From assembly GCA_963727465.1 (NCBI GenBank), contig CAVSGL010000005.1:90165-154164 (forward strand): a DNA stretch of 64,000 bases. Reading direction: 5' to 3'. The notes below the pieces were generated by a model that saw nothing but the letters and a program-made list of their open reading frames with translations, was not told the origin of the DNA and ran no database searches. The DNA comes from an uncultured Solirubrobacterales bacterium. Lineage in GTDB: Bacteria > Actinomycetota > Thermoleophilia > Solirubrobacterales > 70-9. The number at the start of each line of letters is the position of its first letter. Within the stretch, counting starts at the first letter, position 1. Positions 38,102-50,344 of the stretch are shown piece by piece. The translations under genes and the position numbers were made by a program.

Positions 38102-38111
38102 GATCGCTGCG

Positions 38112-38318
38112 ATGAGCGAGACGATCGAGCACGGGTTCAAGGAGGGCGACAAGGTCTGGGTGGAGGACGGGGAAGGCCGCCACCATCCCGGCGTCTTCGT
38201 CGGCAACAACGAAGCGTCCGGCTGGTTCGGCGGCGGGCCAAGCGCCTACGTCGTCCATCCGGAGGCCCACCAGGCCGAGGTCGTCTCGGTCTTCCGCATC
38301 ACGCCGCGCGACGAGTAG
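38112..38318 (+). CDS. hypothetical small protein (68 aa)
   Basis: Clean ORF with GC3-rich codons. No motif recognised. Confidence 0.45.
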   Translation: MSETIEHGFKEGDKVWVEDGEGRHHPGVFVGNNEASGWFGGGPSAYVVHPEAHQAEVVSVFRITPRDE

Positions 38319-38429
38319 ACGCGGCGGCAGGGCCGGTTCCGGCCGGCAAATGGTCCAAGACTTGCTGACCTAGTGGGGTGTCGTGTCTAATAGACGGGTG
38401 ACCGTCCACCCGCTCGCCCCAGCGCGCCG

Positions 38430-39665
38430 ATGAGCGACGCCGAGCTGCTGCGCCGCCACCGGCCCTGCCTGCGCTACGACTCGCTCGAGGGCTACTTCGC
38501 CGACTCGGCCGAGGAGTGGACGCTGAACCCGGGCAACCGCCTGCGCCGGTCCGGTGACGGCGGCGCCGTCCTCGCGAAGGCCGGCGAGGGTCTCTCGCTC
38601 GACTTCCTGCGGCCCGGCTCCTACCCGAACGGCGAGCAGGTGCGCGACTCGGACCTGATCGAGGCCGGCGGCGAGGACTACGACGAGCAGTACCTGCGCC
38701 TGCGCAGCGCCAACCAGCAGCTGCGCAACCGCTTCTACGGACGCCTCGTCCGCAACACGCACGAGGCCTGGCTCCAGTACTGGTTCTTCTACTTCCTCAA
38801 CGACTACCGGCTCGCCTGGGGCAGCGGCGTGCACGAAGGCGACTGGGAGATGGTGCAGCTCAAGCTCGGCGCCGGCGACGAGCCCGTCCACGCGGCCTAC
38901 GCCCAGCACTCCTTCTGCGAGGTCAGGCCCTGGGCGGACGTGAGGACGCTCGCCGAGGAGAAGCGCGAAGAGGGCCAGGAGCCGCAGCCCGGCGACGAGG
39001 ACCGCCCGCTCGTCTACGTCGGCCGCGGCTCGCACGCCTCCTACTTCAGCGCCGGCTACCACCCGACCGACTTCTACGACGTCACCGACGGCAGGCGGCG
39101 GCCGCAGACCGACGTCGCGCTCGAGATCGTCAGCGGTGACTCGCACCCGTGGCTGTCCTGGCCGGGCCGGTGGGGCGGCTCGCGGGCGGGCGCGACGGGG
39201 CCGCACGCCCCCTGCCGGCATAGCCAGTGGGACGACCCGGACAGCCTGCTGAAGAAGGACCCGGTCGTGCGCCGCGACGAGCCGCAGCCCGGCGAGCCGC
39301 GGCTCTGGGCGAGACGGCGGCGCAACCGCCTGCTGATCGAGTTCGACTTCTCGCCGATGCCGTCGCCGCCGCGACGCCTGATCGCCACCGTCAATCCCCA
39401 GGACGAGCCGACCGTGCCACCCCGCGCCTTCCGGCTGACCCTGGGCGAGGTCGCGATGGGCAGCCTCCAGACGCGGATCGAGCTGAAGCCGGAGGGCCAC
39501 TACGACGTCTCGATCGCCGTCGTCGACGCCGAGGGGCGCTCGACCCTGGCCCAGATCTTCGTCTTCGCGCCGAGCAAGGGCCTGCGCGGCCTGCGCCGCC
39601 GCATCACCTCGGCGTTCGGCCGGCTCGTCCACCTCGCGCGCCTCGCCTTCTTTGGAGCCGACTGA
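38430..39665 (+). CDS. Vps62/DUF946-like (NPP1-like HxGDWE motif) protein with a C-terminal beta-rich domain
   Basis: WLQYWFFYFLND...GVHEGDWEMVQLKL...YVGRGSHASY matches the Vps62/DUF946 signature by eye. The stop overlaps the patatin start (TGATG). Confidence 0.6.
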   Translation: MSDAELLRRHRPCLRYDSLEGYFADSAEEWTLNPGNRLRRSGDGGAVLAKAGEGLSLDFLRPGSYPNGEQVRDSDLIEAGGEDYDEQYLRLRSANQQLRNRFYGRLVRNTHEAWLQYWFFYFLNDYRLAWGSGVHEGDWEMVQLKLGAGDEPVHAAYAQHSFCEVRPWADVRTLAEEKREEGQEPQPGDEDRPLVYVGRGSHASYFSAGYHPTDFYDVTDGRRRPQTDVALEIVSGDSHPWLSWPGRWGGSRAGATGPHAPCRHSQWDDPDSLLKKDPVVRRDEPQPGEPRLWARRRRNRLLIEFDFSPMPSPPRRLIATVNPQDEPTVPPRAFRLTLGEVAMGSLQTRIELKPEGHYDVSIAVVDAEGRSTLAQIFVFAPSKGLRGLRRRITSAFGRLVHLARLAFFGAD

Positions 39666-41431
39666 TGCCGTCCCTGCTCGACATCCTGCTGGGCGAGCCG
39701 CGCGAGGGGAAACTCGGGCTGGCGCTCTCGGGGGGCGGCTTCCGGGCGGCGTTCTTTCACCTCGGCGTGCTCGCCCGGCTGGCCGAGGTCGGCCTGCTGC
39801 CCAGGGTCGAGGTGATCTCGACCGTCTCCGGCGGCTCGATCGTCGGCGCGCTCTACTACCTGCGCCTGCGCTGCCTGCTGGAAGAAAAGCCGGACGAGCG
39901 GCTGCTCGCGGACGACTATGTCGAGCTCGTCGCCGACGTCGAGCGTCGCTTGCGCGACGGCGTGCAGAAGAACATCAGGGCGCGCGTCTTCGCCAACCTG
40001 GCGAAGAACGTCAGGATGGCGGTCCTGCCGAGCTACTCGCGCAGCGACCGGATCGGCGACCTCTACGACCGCCACTTCTACAAGGACGCCTGGGGGACGC
40101 CGCGCCCCGAGCGCAGCTGGAACCGCGAGCGGCAGGTGGAGATGCGCGAGCTGCCGATCGCGCCGGCCGGAGATCCCTGCTTCGTCTTCCCCGACGGCAA
40201 CGAGGGACGGCGGGCCAAAGTGCCGGCGCTGCTGGTCAACGCGACCTCGCTCAACTCCGGCCACAACTGGCGCTTCGAGGCGATTCGCATGGGAGAGTCG
40301 AGCCCCGAAGACCGCGCGCAGAAGAAGATCGTCGGGGCGGTTGACAAGAACATGCAGCTCGAGCCGGGTTACTTCGATCCCGGCCCGAACGAGGAAGGAG
40401 TGCCGGCGCGACAGCTCGATTTCCCCCTTGGCATCGCCGTCGCCGCCTCGGCCGGCGTGCCGGGGGTCTTCCAGCCGCTTGCGGTCACCGGCATGTACGA
40501 GGACGTCCGCGTGCAGCTCGTCGACGGCGGTGTCCAGGACAACCAGGGAGTCCAGGGCCTGTTCGACAAGGGGTGCACGGAGCTGATCGTCAGCGACGCC
40601 TCGGGCCAGATGGACGACGACTTCACGCCCTCCCCCCTGATCCCCGGCGTACTTGGACGCACGGTGAGCATCGAGGGCGACCGGATCCGGGACATGCAAC
40701 TCACCCGCGCCCTCAACCGGCCCTTCCGCCGACACGCATTGATGCACCTGCGCAAGGGGCTCCAGGCGAGGCAGATCGCGCCGATCCCGCCGCCCGGCAA
40801 GACTGCGCCCCCGCCGCCCCCTGCGAAGAAGACAACCGGGTTCGGCGTCCATGTGGACGTCCAGTGGGCGCTCTCGAAGATCCGAACCGACCTCGACTAT
40901 TTCAGCGACGTCGAGGCGTCCGCGCTGGAGCTCGACGGCTACCTGATGAGCCGGTCCGAGCTCGCGAGCGGTGGACTCGCGAAGCCCGAGGCGGGCGAGA
41001 CTCGTCCGCAGGACAGGGGGAAGAAATGGGCCTTTGAAGAGGACGAGCAACTCGTGAAGGGGGTCGCGACCGGCGCGCCGGGAGTCGTGCACCGCCTGCG
41101 GGCGGGCCGGAAGCGGTCCCTGCGGCTCCTCGCGCTCGCCCCGGAACTCAAGCTGATGGCGATGATCCTCGCGACCGTCGCGCTCGCCTTCGGCGTCGGC
41201 CCCGCCGTCGACTGGCTCGGCGGCGCGCTGACGAGCCACTGGCCGGTCTGGCCGGTCGTCACCGGAGTCGCGGTCGTGGCGGTCCCGGTCGCCCTCTACG
41301 CCATCGGCCCGCGGGGGCCGTTCGGCGTTCTCCTGGCGGTGGCGATGGGCGCCTTCCTGGTCCTCGCCTCTCCCCTGCTCTGGCTGTGGGCCAACCTCTC
41401 GGTCGCGACGAGCAGGCGCTACGAGGTCTGA
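39665..41431 (+). CDS. patatin-like phospholipase with C-terminal transmembrane domain
   Basis: GGGFRA oxyanion box, TVSGGS nucleophile elbow and LVDGGVQDNQG Asp dyad motif. About three hydrophobic helices in the last 100 aa or so. Confidence 0.85.
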   Translation: MPSLLDILLGEPREGKLGLALSGGGFRAAFFHLGVLARLAEVGLLPRVEVISTVSGGSIVGALYYLRLRCLLEEKPDERLLADDYVELVADVERRLRDGVQKNIRARVFANLAKNVRMAVLPSYSRSDRIGDLYDRHFYKDAWGTPRPERSWNRERQVEMRELPIAPAGDPCFVFPDGNEGRRAKVPALLVNATSLNSGHNWRFEAIRMGESSPEDRAQKKIVGAVDKNMQLEPGYFDPGPNEEGVPARQLDFPLGIAVAASAGVPGVFQPLAVTGMYEDVRVQLVDGGVQDNQGVQGLFDKGCTELIVSDASGQMDDDFTPSPLIPGVLGRTVSIEGDRIRDMQLTRALNRPFRRHALMHLRKGLQARQIAPIPPPGKTAPPPPPAKKTTGFGVHVDVQWALSKIRTDLDYFSDVEASALELDGYLMSRSELASGGLAKPEAGETRPQDRGKKWAFEEDEQLVKGVATGAPGVVHRLRAGRKRSLRLLALAPELKLMAMILATVALAFGVGPAVDWLGGALTSHWPVWPVVTGVAVVAVPVALYAIGPRGPFGVLLAVAMGAFLVLASPLLWLWANLSVATSRRYEV

Positions 41432-42453
41432 GCCGGGCCGAAGGCCTCGATCAGGCGGTTCTGGTACTCGCTCAGCTCCTCGGGCGAGATGAAGTAGGTC
41501 GGCGGCGTGAGGAAGAGGCCGTCGGCGCGCTCGGCGGTCGCCTCGACCCGGGCGCGGACCTTGTCGAGCGGCCCGGCGGCGCAGTAGGTGTCGACCATCT
41601 CGTCGCTGATCGCCGCCGGCACCGCGGCGAGGTCGCCGCGGCGGAACGCCTCGCCCGCCGCGACCGCGTTGTCGGCGAAGCCATGCAGCTCCCAGAGCGG
41701 CATGTAGGTCTTGACCGTCGCGTAGAAGGAGATCGTGCGGCGCGCCATCTCGATCGCCCGCGCCTCGTCGTCGTCGATCGCGCAGCAGACGGTCGGCAGG
41801 TAGTCGAAAGCGGCGCGCTCGCGGCCGGAGCGGCTCAGGCCCTGCTCGAAGGAGGCGACGACGACCTCGTCGATCCAGCGCAGGCTCTGGATCGGGTGGC
41901 CGATCAGCCCGTCGGCGACGTCGCCAGCCATCCGGCACATTCCTCCCTGCACCCCGGCGGTGTAGATCGGCACCGACTCGCGCGGCGCCGGGTGCGGCCG
42001 CACCCAGCCCCTGATGTCGATGTCGTAGTAGGAGCCCTCGTAGCGGATCGGCTCGCCCCTGCCGGCCTGCTGCATGATCAGCCGCGTCGCCTCGACCGCC
42101 TCGCGCAGGTGCGGCGCGGGCTTGCCGTACTCGGCGTTGTGCCAGGTTTCGTTCAGCCGTTTGACGCCGGAGCCGAGCCCGAGGCGGAAGCGCCCGCCGG
42201 ACATCTCGTCGACGTCGAGGGCGGAGACGGCGACGATGAAGGGGCTGCGGGTAAAGGCCCAGGCGATGCCCGTGGCGATGCCGATCTTCTCCGTGCGCCC
42301 GGCCAGGTAGGCGGCCTGGGTCACCGAGGAGCGGAACAGCTCGGGCGCCCAGACGCACTCGACCCCGGCGGCCTCGGCGCGCTTCGTCTCCGCCTCTAGG
42401 TCGGCGACGCTGTTGCCGATCGCGGCAACCGAGATGCGGTCGAGGGCGCTCAT
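41419..42453 (-). CDS. LLM-class (luciferase-like) flavin/F420-dependent oxidoreductase
   Basis: GRFRLGLGSG and overall LLM pattern. ATG 42453 follows GGAGG. The track start 42744 is over-extended. Confidence 0.85.
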   Translation of the reverse strand: MSALDRISVAAIGNSVADLEAETKRAEAAGVECVWAPELFRSSVTQAAYLAGRTEKIGIATGIAWAFTRSPFIVAVSALDVDEMSGGRFRLGLGSGVKRLNETWHNAEYGKPAPHLREAVEATRLIMQQAGRGEPIRYEGSYYDIDIRGWVRPHPAPRESVPIYTAGVQGGMCRMAGDVADGLIGHPIQSLRWIDEVVVASFEQGLSRSGRERAAFDYLPTVCCAIDDDEARAIEMARRTISFYATVKTYMPLWELHGFADNAVAAGEAFRRGDLAAVPAAISDEMVDTYCAAGPLDKVRARVEATAERADGLFLTPPTYFISPEELSEYQNRLIEAFGPAQTS

Positions 42454-42470
42454 GCCTCCGATTCCCAACC

Positions 42471-42515
42471 CGCGGTCGAGGTTTTCACCGGATAGCGAGT
42501 CAAACCTCGACCGCG
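42471..42515. repeat. REP-like palindromic element (family copy B), intercistronic
   Basis: CGCGGTCGAGGTTTTC-N15-AAACCTCGACCGCG. The right arm supplies the last codons and the stop of the ACAD gene. Confidence 0.7.
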
Positions 42516-44809
42516 ACCCGGTCGGCGAGGACGAGGTCGGCGACCCGTTCGCGGTGCCAGCTCGCGGTGCCGAACATCGCCGCATTCGCCTTGCCGCGCT
42601 TGAGGAAGAAGTGCAGGTCGTGCTCCCAGGTGAAGCCGATGCCGCCGTGCACCTGGATCGAGGCGTCGGGCACGCGCCAGCCGGCGTCGGAGGCGTAGGC
42701 CTTGGCCATCGAGGCGGCCAGCGGCAGCGAGTCCGGCTCGGCATCGGCGGCCCAGGCGGCGCCGTAGACGGCCGAGCGCGCGTTCTCGGTCTCCAGCAGC
42801 ATCTGCGCGCAGCGGTGCGAGACCGCCTGGTAGGCGCCGATCGGGCGGCCGAACTGCTCGCGCTCCTTGGCGTAATCGACCGCCATCTCCATCGTCCGCT
42901 GGGCGACGCCGGTCGACTCGGCGGCGATCGCCGCGCAGCCGCGCCAGAGCACCGGCAGGTAGTCCTCCTGGCCGCCGGCGAGAGTCGCCTCGGGGCCGAC
43001 CCGGACGCCGTCGAACGTCACCGAGTAGAGGCGGCGGGTGAGGTCGATCGACTTCTCCGGCGCGACGCTGACCCCGTCGGCGTCGCGCTCGACCACGTGG
43101 CGGCGGCCGTCGGCGGTGGCGACGAGGAAGAAGTCGGCGCTCGCCGCGTCCATCACCAGCACCTTCTCGCCGTCGAGGACGACACCCTCGCCGTCGGCGA
43201 CGGCCTCCATGCCGAACTCGCCGATCGCAGCGCTCGTGCCGGCCTCGAACAGCGCCAGCGTGCCGCGTTTCTCGCCGCCCGCCAGCGGCGCCAGCCAGCG
43301 CTCGCACTGGGCGTCGTCGGCGTTTGCGGCCAGCGCCAGGCCGGCGACCGTGTTCGAGAGCAGCGGCGAAGGCGCGAGCGCGTAGCCCATCTCCTCGAAG
43401 AGCACGGCGAGGTCGACGATCCCGAGGCCCTGGCCGCCCCACCGCTCGGGCAGCGCCAGGCCGGGCCAGCCGAGCTCGGCCATCTCCGCCCAGTCGGCCT
43501 GCTCGAAGCCGTGCTCGCTCGCGGCCAGCTCGCGGATCCGCTCCGATTTGCAGCGCGCCGCGAAGAGTTCCTTCGCGGTCGACTTGATCGCCTGCTGCTC
43601 GTCGGTCAGATCGAAGTACATGAGCGAGCCCCAGCGCAGCCTCGGCAGGCCGAGCACGCGCTCGGCGATGATGTTCTTGAGGATGTCGGTCGTGCCGCCC
43701 TCGATCGAGTTGGCGCGCGAGCGCAGGAAGCCGTACTGCCAGGCGCCGTTGGCGACGGCGTGCTCGGAGCCGCGTTCGAGCGGCGCGTAGGGCCCCTCGA
43801 TGTCGAGCGCCAGCTCGGAGATGCGCTGGTTGATGTCGGCCCACTGCCACTTGCCGAGCGAGCCCTCGGGCCCGGGGATGCCGGCCTGCATCGTCTTGGT
43901 CAGCCCGCGGTAGGCGTTGAGCCGCATCGTCTCGGCCTCGATCTGGAGCTGCGCGAGGCGCTGGCGGATCACCGGGTCTTCGGCTGCCGTGTGGCCGTTG
44001 ACGCGCGTCTCCGCGGCGAGCCGGCCGAGCCGCCTGAGGCTGTTGGCGATCTGCGCGATCGCGCCGAAGGCGAGGCCGGCGCGCTCGTTCATCAGCGTCG
44101 TGATCGCCACCGACCAGCCGTTGCCGACCCCGCCGACGACGTTCTCGTCGGGGATCCGCGCTTCCTCCATGAAGACCTCGTTGAACTCGCCCTCGCCGGT
44201 GATCTGCACCAGCGGTTTGGCTTCGACGCCCTCCTGCTCCATGTCCATCAGGAAGTAGGTGAGGCCCTTGTGCTTGGGCGCGTCGGGGTCGGTGCGGGCG
44301 ACGAGCATGCACCACTTGGCGAACTGCGCCAGCGTCGTCCAGACCTTCTGCCCCGTGACGACCCATTCGTCGCCGTCCTTGACCGCCTTCGTCTTCAGCG
44401 AGGCGAGGTCGGAGCCCGACTCGGGCTCCGAGAAGCCCTGGCACCAGATCTCCTCGGCGGTGAGGATCGGCTCCAGGTAGCGCTGCTTCTGCTCGTCGCT
44501 GCCGTGGGCGATCACCACGGGCCCGCCCATCGCCAGCCCGAGCACGTTGGCCGGGCTCGGCGCTTCGGCGCGCGCCGCCTCGCCGACGAAGATCGCCTGC
44601 TCGATCAGGGTCGCGCCGCGGCCGCCGTACTCCCTGGGCCAGGAGATCCCGGCCCAGCCGGCCTCGTGCAGCTTCGCCTGCCACTCGCGACGGTAGGCGA
44701 TCACCTCGTCGAGGTCGGTCTCCGGCTCGGGCCCGGGGTTGTTCTCTTCCAGCCAGGTCCGGACCTCGTCGCGGAACTCCGTCTCGGACGGTGAGAGGCT
44801 GAGGTCCAT
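42500..44809 (-). CDS. large two-module acyl-CoA dehydrogenase family protein
   Basis: 769 aa with two tandem ACAD-like units (FSEPESGSD; IEGGTTDILKNIIAERVLGLP; WEHDLHFFLKR). Confidence 0.85.
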   Translation of the reverse strand: MDLSLSPSETEFRDEVRTWLEENNPGPEPETDLDEVIAYRREWQAKLHEAGWAGISWPREYGGRGATLIEQAIFVGEAARAEAPSPANVLGLAMGGPVVIAHGSDEQKQRYLEPILTAEEIWCQGFSEPESGSDLASLKTKAVKDGDEWVVTGQKVWTTLAQFAKWCMLVARTDPDAPKHKGLTYFLMDMEQEGVEAKPLVQITGEGEFNEVFMEEARIPDENVVGGVGNGWSVAITTLMNERAGLAFGAIAQIANSLRRLGRLAAETRVNGHTAAEDPVIRQRLAQLQIEAETMRLNAYRGLTKTMQAGIPGPEGSLGKWQWADINQRISELALDIEGPYAPLERGSEHAVANGAWQYGFLRSRANSIEGGTTDILKNIIAERVLGLPRLRWGSLMYFDLTDEQQAIKSTAKELFAARCKSERIRELAASEHGFEQADWAEMAELGWPGLALPERWGGQGLGIVDLAVLFEEMGYALAPSPLLSNTVAGLALAANADDAQCERWLAPLAGGEKRGTLALFEAGTSAAIGEFGMEAVADGEGVVLDGEKVLVMDAASADFFLVATADGRRHVVERDADGVSVAPEKSIDLTRRLYSVTFDGVRVGPEATLAGGQEDYLPVLWRGCAAIAAESTGVAQRTMEMAVDYAKEREQFGRPIGAYQAVSHRCAQMLLETENARSAVYGAAWAADAEPDSLPLAASMAKAYASDAGWRVPDASIQVHGGIGFTWEHDLHFFLKRGKANAAMFGTASWHRERVADLVLADRVAVEV

Positions 44810-44816
44810 CGGCGAG

Positions 44817-45590
44817 TCAGGATAGCGGGCGGTCGAGCGAGTGCCAGGGGCTGAGCTTCAGCGCCGGGCCGAAGCCGGTGGCGAAGAGGGCGGCGGCGCG
44901 ACAGCCGGGTACGCGCCTGCCGTTCATGCGCAGCATCTCTTTGCCCCTGACGTTGAAGGCATGCCGCGGGTGGCGCTCGAAGACCCGCCGGATCCCGGCC
45001 CCGTCGAGCTGCCAGGCGCGCAGGCCGAGCACGTCGAGGATGATCCCGTCGTGGGCCAGGTGCTGGACGGCTCCCTGCTCGCGCGGCACGGTCGGGTTGA
45101 GGTGGAGGGTGATCGCATCGACCACGTCGCGATGCAGCGACTCGTCGAGCGAGGAGCCGGCGAGGAAGCGCGCCGCGTCTTCGGCGCCGGCAAGCGTGAA
45201 GCATTCCCCGTCGAGCTCGGGGATCGCGGGAAAGGCGAAGTCGTGGAACATCGTCGCCGCGAACAGCGCCTCCTCGTCGCAGGCGAGCCGCTCGAGCTCG
45301 GCCAGCGCTCGGGCGAAGATGTAGGAGCGGTAGCTGTGCTCGATGACCGTCGGCTCGAGCTCCGCACACGCATCGACGACTTCGCGGGCAAAGGGCGTGT
45401 CGGGCGGGGTCAGCCGCGACGGGTCGAGCCCCGAGCCGCCGCCGCGCCGCGGCCCCAGCAGCCGCGGCAGGACCCGCGCCGTCGTCAGCACGACCGCGGC
45501 GGAGAAGCGCGCCCGCTCGCCGCGGCCGAGAATCCCCCGCGTTCGCCGGGCCCACTCGATCGTGCCGATCTCGCCGAGAAGGCTGCTCAT
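44817..45590 (-). CDS. HD-domain-like phosphohydrolase family protein
   Basis: H...(ATMFHD)...D pattern. Weak assignment. Confidence 0.55.
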   Translation of the reverse strand: MSSLLGEIGTIEWARRTRGILGRGERARFSAAVVLTTARVLPRLLGPRRGGGSGLDPSRLTPPDTPFAREVVDACAELEPTVIEHSYRSYIFARALAELERLACDEEALFAATMFHDFAFPAIPELDGECFTLAGAEDAARFLAGSSLDESLHRDVVDAITLHLNPTVPREQGAVQHLAHDGIILDVLGLRAWQLDGAGIRRVFERHPRHAFNVRGKEMLRMNGRRVPGCRAAALFATGFGPALKLSPWHSLDRPLS

Positions 45591-45615
45591 CGGACGCGCT
45601 CCTTCCCGCTTCGGG

Positions 45616-46803
<1,188 letters not shown>

Positions 46804-46843
46804 CCGTGCCCTCCGTTTTTCGCCTGTTGCTTCAAAGATAGCT

Positions 46844-46861
46844 GATTGACTGGTCAGTCAG
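46844..46861. promoter_or_regulatory. operator-like palindrome, same 17-mer as at 35805
   Basis: GATTGACTGGTCAGTCA (46844-60) lies between the divergent thiolase and hydroxyacyl-CoA dehydrogenase genes. Confidence 0.5.
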
Positions 46862-46914
46862 CCAGGGGCCGCGACGCCCGAGGCCGGGGTCTCGTGATAG
46901 GAACCCGTCCGCAA

Positions 46915-47736
<822 letters not shown>

Positions 47737-47961
47737 CTAATGCCCGGCGATGTCCCAGATGACATCGGCGGCAGAGCAGCCCTGGCGACGAGCGGTCGCT
47801 TCGATCTCGTCCCAGGGGAGCTCGGCTTCGGGCAGATCGTCCCAGCGGGCCAGATCGAGGGCCTCGACCGCTCCCTTGAGCGCCGGGCCGAGGTGCTCCT
47901 CGGAGCGCAGCAGGGCTCTCAGAACCTCGAGTTGCTTATCGCTCAAGCGCACAACCCACAT
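47737..47961 (-). CDS. hypothetical small protein (74 aa)
   Basis: Clean ORF abutting the convergent gene. No motif recognised. Confidence 0.4.
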   Translation of the reverse strand: MWVVRLSDKQLEVLRALLRSEEHLGPALKGAVEALDLARWDDLPEAELPWDEIEATARRQGCSAADVIWDIAGH

Positions 47962-48005
47962 GCGGTACCTCCAGGATTAGGCGTGACGCAGGTTGCTCAG
48001 GGAAC

Positions 48006-49334
48006 CTAGGCCGCCGACCGGACGGAATCGCCGCCGTCGCCGTCGCCGCCGCTGATCCGCACCGCCTCGACCCGGTTCTCGCGCACCGACTCGACCCGGA
48101 TCGTGTAGCCGTCGGCGACGATCGTGTCGCCCCGCTTCGGCAGCCGGCCGAGCTCGCCGAAGACGTAGCCGCCGATCGAGTTGTAGGTGTCGTCGGCGAC
48201 CGGCAGCTCGATGCCGCGATCGGCGAGGTCGCCGAGCGAGACGTGGCCGCGGACGAACCACTCGCCGCCTGCGAGCCGGCGCATCGCCGCGGCCCGCGGG
48301 TCGGTCTCGTCCTCGATCTCCCCCACGACCTCCTCGAGGATGTCCTCGACGGCGACGATGCCGACCGTGCGCCCGTACTCGTCGACGATCACGGCCAGCG
48401 AGGTGCGCTGGACCTGGAGGTCGTGCAGGAGGTCGTCGAGCGGGCGCGTCTCGGGCACGATCACCGCGTCGCGCACGACCGGCTCGATCCGCGCCTCGGG
48501 GCCGTCGCTCATGTAGAGGCGGGCGAGGCTGTTGTTGTGGACGATGCCCTTGACGCGGTCCGGGTTGTCTTCCTCGATCACCACCAGGCGCGTATGGCCC
48601 GAGGTGACGCAGCGGCGCAGCGCCGTCTCGACGGTCTCCGAGGCGTCGACGGTGACGACCGCGGGGATCGGCGTCATCACCTCGCGCGCCTGCTGCTCGT
48701 GCAGGTGGAAGACGCCGGCGAGGTGGCCCGCCTCGCCGGGGTCGATGCGGCCGTGCTGGGCGCCGCGCAGGATCATCATCCGCAGCTCCTCCGGCGAGGC
48801 AACCTCGCCCTCGGCTTCGGGCTCGATGCGCAGCACCCGGGAGACGAAGAAGCGCGCCGGCGCGTTGGTGATGACGATCAGGGGATGGAAGAGGCGGCGG
48901 AAGAACTCGAGCGGCCTCGCGATGCCGAGCAGCAGTCGCTCGGCACGGGCGATGCCGATCATCTTCGGCGCCTGCTCGCCGAAGATCACGTGCAACAGCG
49001 TGACCACGCTGTAGGCGATCAGGAAGGCGAACACGTAGGCGGTCGCGGTGCCGAGCGCGCCCTCGAGCACGGGCTCGAGCAGCGAGGCGATCGCGGGCTC
49101 GCCGAGGAAGCCGATCCCGATCGAGGCGAGCGTGATCCCCACCTGCGAGGTGGCGACGTACTCGTCGACATGGTCGATCTGATGCAGGGCCAGCCGCGCG
49201 GCGCGACTGCCCGCTTCCATCCTGCTCTCGATCCTGCTGCGCCGCGAGCGCACGATCGCGAACTCGGTCGCGACGAAGAACCCGTTGACCCCGACCAGCA
49301 CGAGGACGAGGAGAATGAGCAGCAACGCGCTCAT
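48006..49334 (-). CDS. CNNM/HlyC-CorC family transporter-associated protein (DUF21 + CBS pair + CorC_HlyC)
   Basis: N-terminal four-TM DUF21 ([10 protein letters not shown]), a CBS region and C-terminal GYTIRVESV....RVEAVRI. Confidence 0.85.
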   Translation of the reverse strand: MSALLLILLVLVLVGVNGFFVATEFAIVRSRRSRIESRMEAGSRAARLALHQIDHVDEYVATSQVGITLASIGIGFLGEPAIASLLEPVLEGALGTATAYVFAFLIAYSVVTLLHVIFGEQAPKMIGIARAERLLLGIARPLEFFRRLFHPLIVITNAPARFFVSRVLRIEPEAEGEVASPEELRMMILRGAQHGRIDPGEAGHLAGVFHLHEQQAREVMTPIPAVVTVDASETVETALRRCVTSGHTRLVVIEEDNPDRVKGIVHNNSLARLYMSDGPEARIEPVVRDAVIVPETRPLDDLLHDLQVQRTSLAVIVDEYGRTVGIVAVEDILEEVVGEIEDETDPRAAAMRRLAGGEWFVRGHVSLGDLADRGIELPVADDTYNSIGGYVFGELGRLPKRGDTIVADGYTIRVESVRENRVEAVRISGGDGDGGDSVRSAA

Positions 49335-49443
49335 CGGTGGCTATGTGGCCCGGTACTTCGGGGGAGGTCGTCTTCGGCCATTCGGCAATCCGTGACTATA
49401 GCTTTCCGGCCCGCGGAAGGCGGAGAGTGAGATATTGGCTCGC

Positions 49444-50343
49444 ATGCGCATCGCCAGCCTGGTCCCATCGGCGACCGAGATGCTGTTCGCCCTCGGCCTC
49501 GGAGACAGCGTGGTCGCGGTCACGCACGAGTGCGACCACCCGCCGCAGGCCCGCTCGCTCCCCCACCTGACGCGGACCGTGCTCGAGGACGGCCTCGACG
49601 CGGGGCAGATCGACAGCGCCGTGAAGGCGACCGTGAGCGAAGGCCGGGCGCTGTACGAGCTGAACGAGGAGCTGCTCGCCGAGGTCGCGCCGGACCTGAT
49701 CGTCACCCAGGCCGTCTGCGACGTCTGCGCGGTCTCCCACGAGGACGTGGTCGCGGTGGCGGCGCGGCTGCCCAGCCGGCCGCGCGTCATCCAGCAGGAC
49801 CCGAGCACGCTCGGGGAGGTGCTGGAGGACGTGATCCGCCTCGGCGAGGCGACGGGGTTCGAGTCGGAGGCGCACCTGATGCGCGGCGAGCTCGAGGGGC
49901 GTTTGGCGACCGTGCGCGCGGCCGTCTCCGGCGCCGCGGCGCCGCGGGTGATCGCGCTCGAGTGGCTCGACCCGCCCTTCGTCGGCGGCCACTGGATCCC
50001 GGAGATGGTCTCGATCGCCGGCGGCGAGGACGTCGCCGGACCGCCCGGCCTGAAGTCGCCGGAGGTCGGTTGGGGCGCCCTCGCGGCGCTCGGGCCGGAC
50101 GTCGTGATCGCGATGCCCTGCGGCTGGTACGTGAGCGAAGCGCACGCGCAGACGGTCGAGCACTGGGAGCGGATCGCCGGCCTCGGCGCCGGCCGGGTCT
50201 ACGCGGTCGACGCGGCCTCGACCTTCTCCAGGCCGGGCCCGCGCCTGATCGACGGGGTCGAGCTGCTCGGCCACCTCCTCCACCCCGACCTGGTCGACCC
50301 ACCGGGCAACATCGGCTTCGCCGAGGTCCGCGCCCCCCGCTGA
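49444..50343 (+). CDS. periplasmic-binding-protein family (BtuF/siderophore-binding-like) protein, no obvious signal peptide
   Basis: RIASLVPSATEMLFALGLGDSVVAVTHECDHP and PDLIVTQ blocks. ATG 49444 preferred over TTG 49435. Confidence 0.7.
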   Translation: MRIASLVPSATEMLFALGLGDSVVAVTHECDHPPQARSLPHLTRTVLEDGLDAGQIDSAVKATVSEGRALYELNEELLAEVAPDLIVTQAVCDVCAVSHEDVVAVAARLPSRPRVIQQDPSTLGEVLEDVIRLGEATGFESEAHLMRGELEGRLATVRAAVSGAAAPRVIALEWLDPPFVGGHWIPEMVSIAGGEDVAGPPGLKSPEVGWGALAALGPDVVIAMPCGWYVSEAHAQTVEHWERIAGLGAGRVYAVDAASTFSRPGPRLIDGVELLGHLLHPDLVDPPGNIGFAEVRAPR

Positions 50344-50344
50344 G

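Noticed and set aside
49335-49443. Cobalamin riboswitch upstream of the BtuF-like binding-protein gene.
   Set aside because: The leader is only about 100 nt and I could not find a B12 box (GCCACTG-like) or the expected multi-stem architecture.
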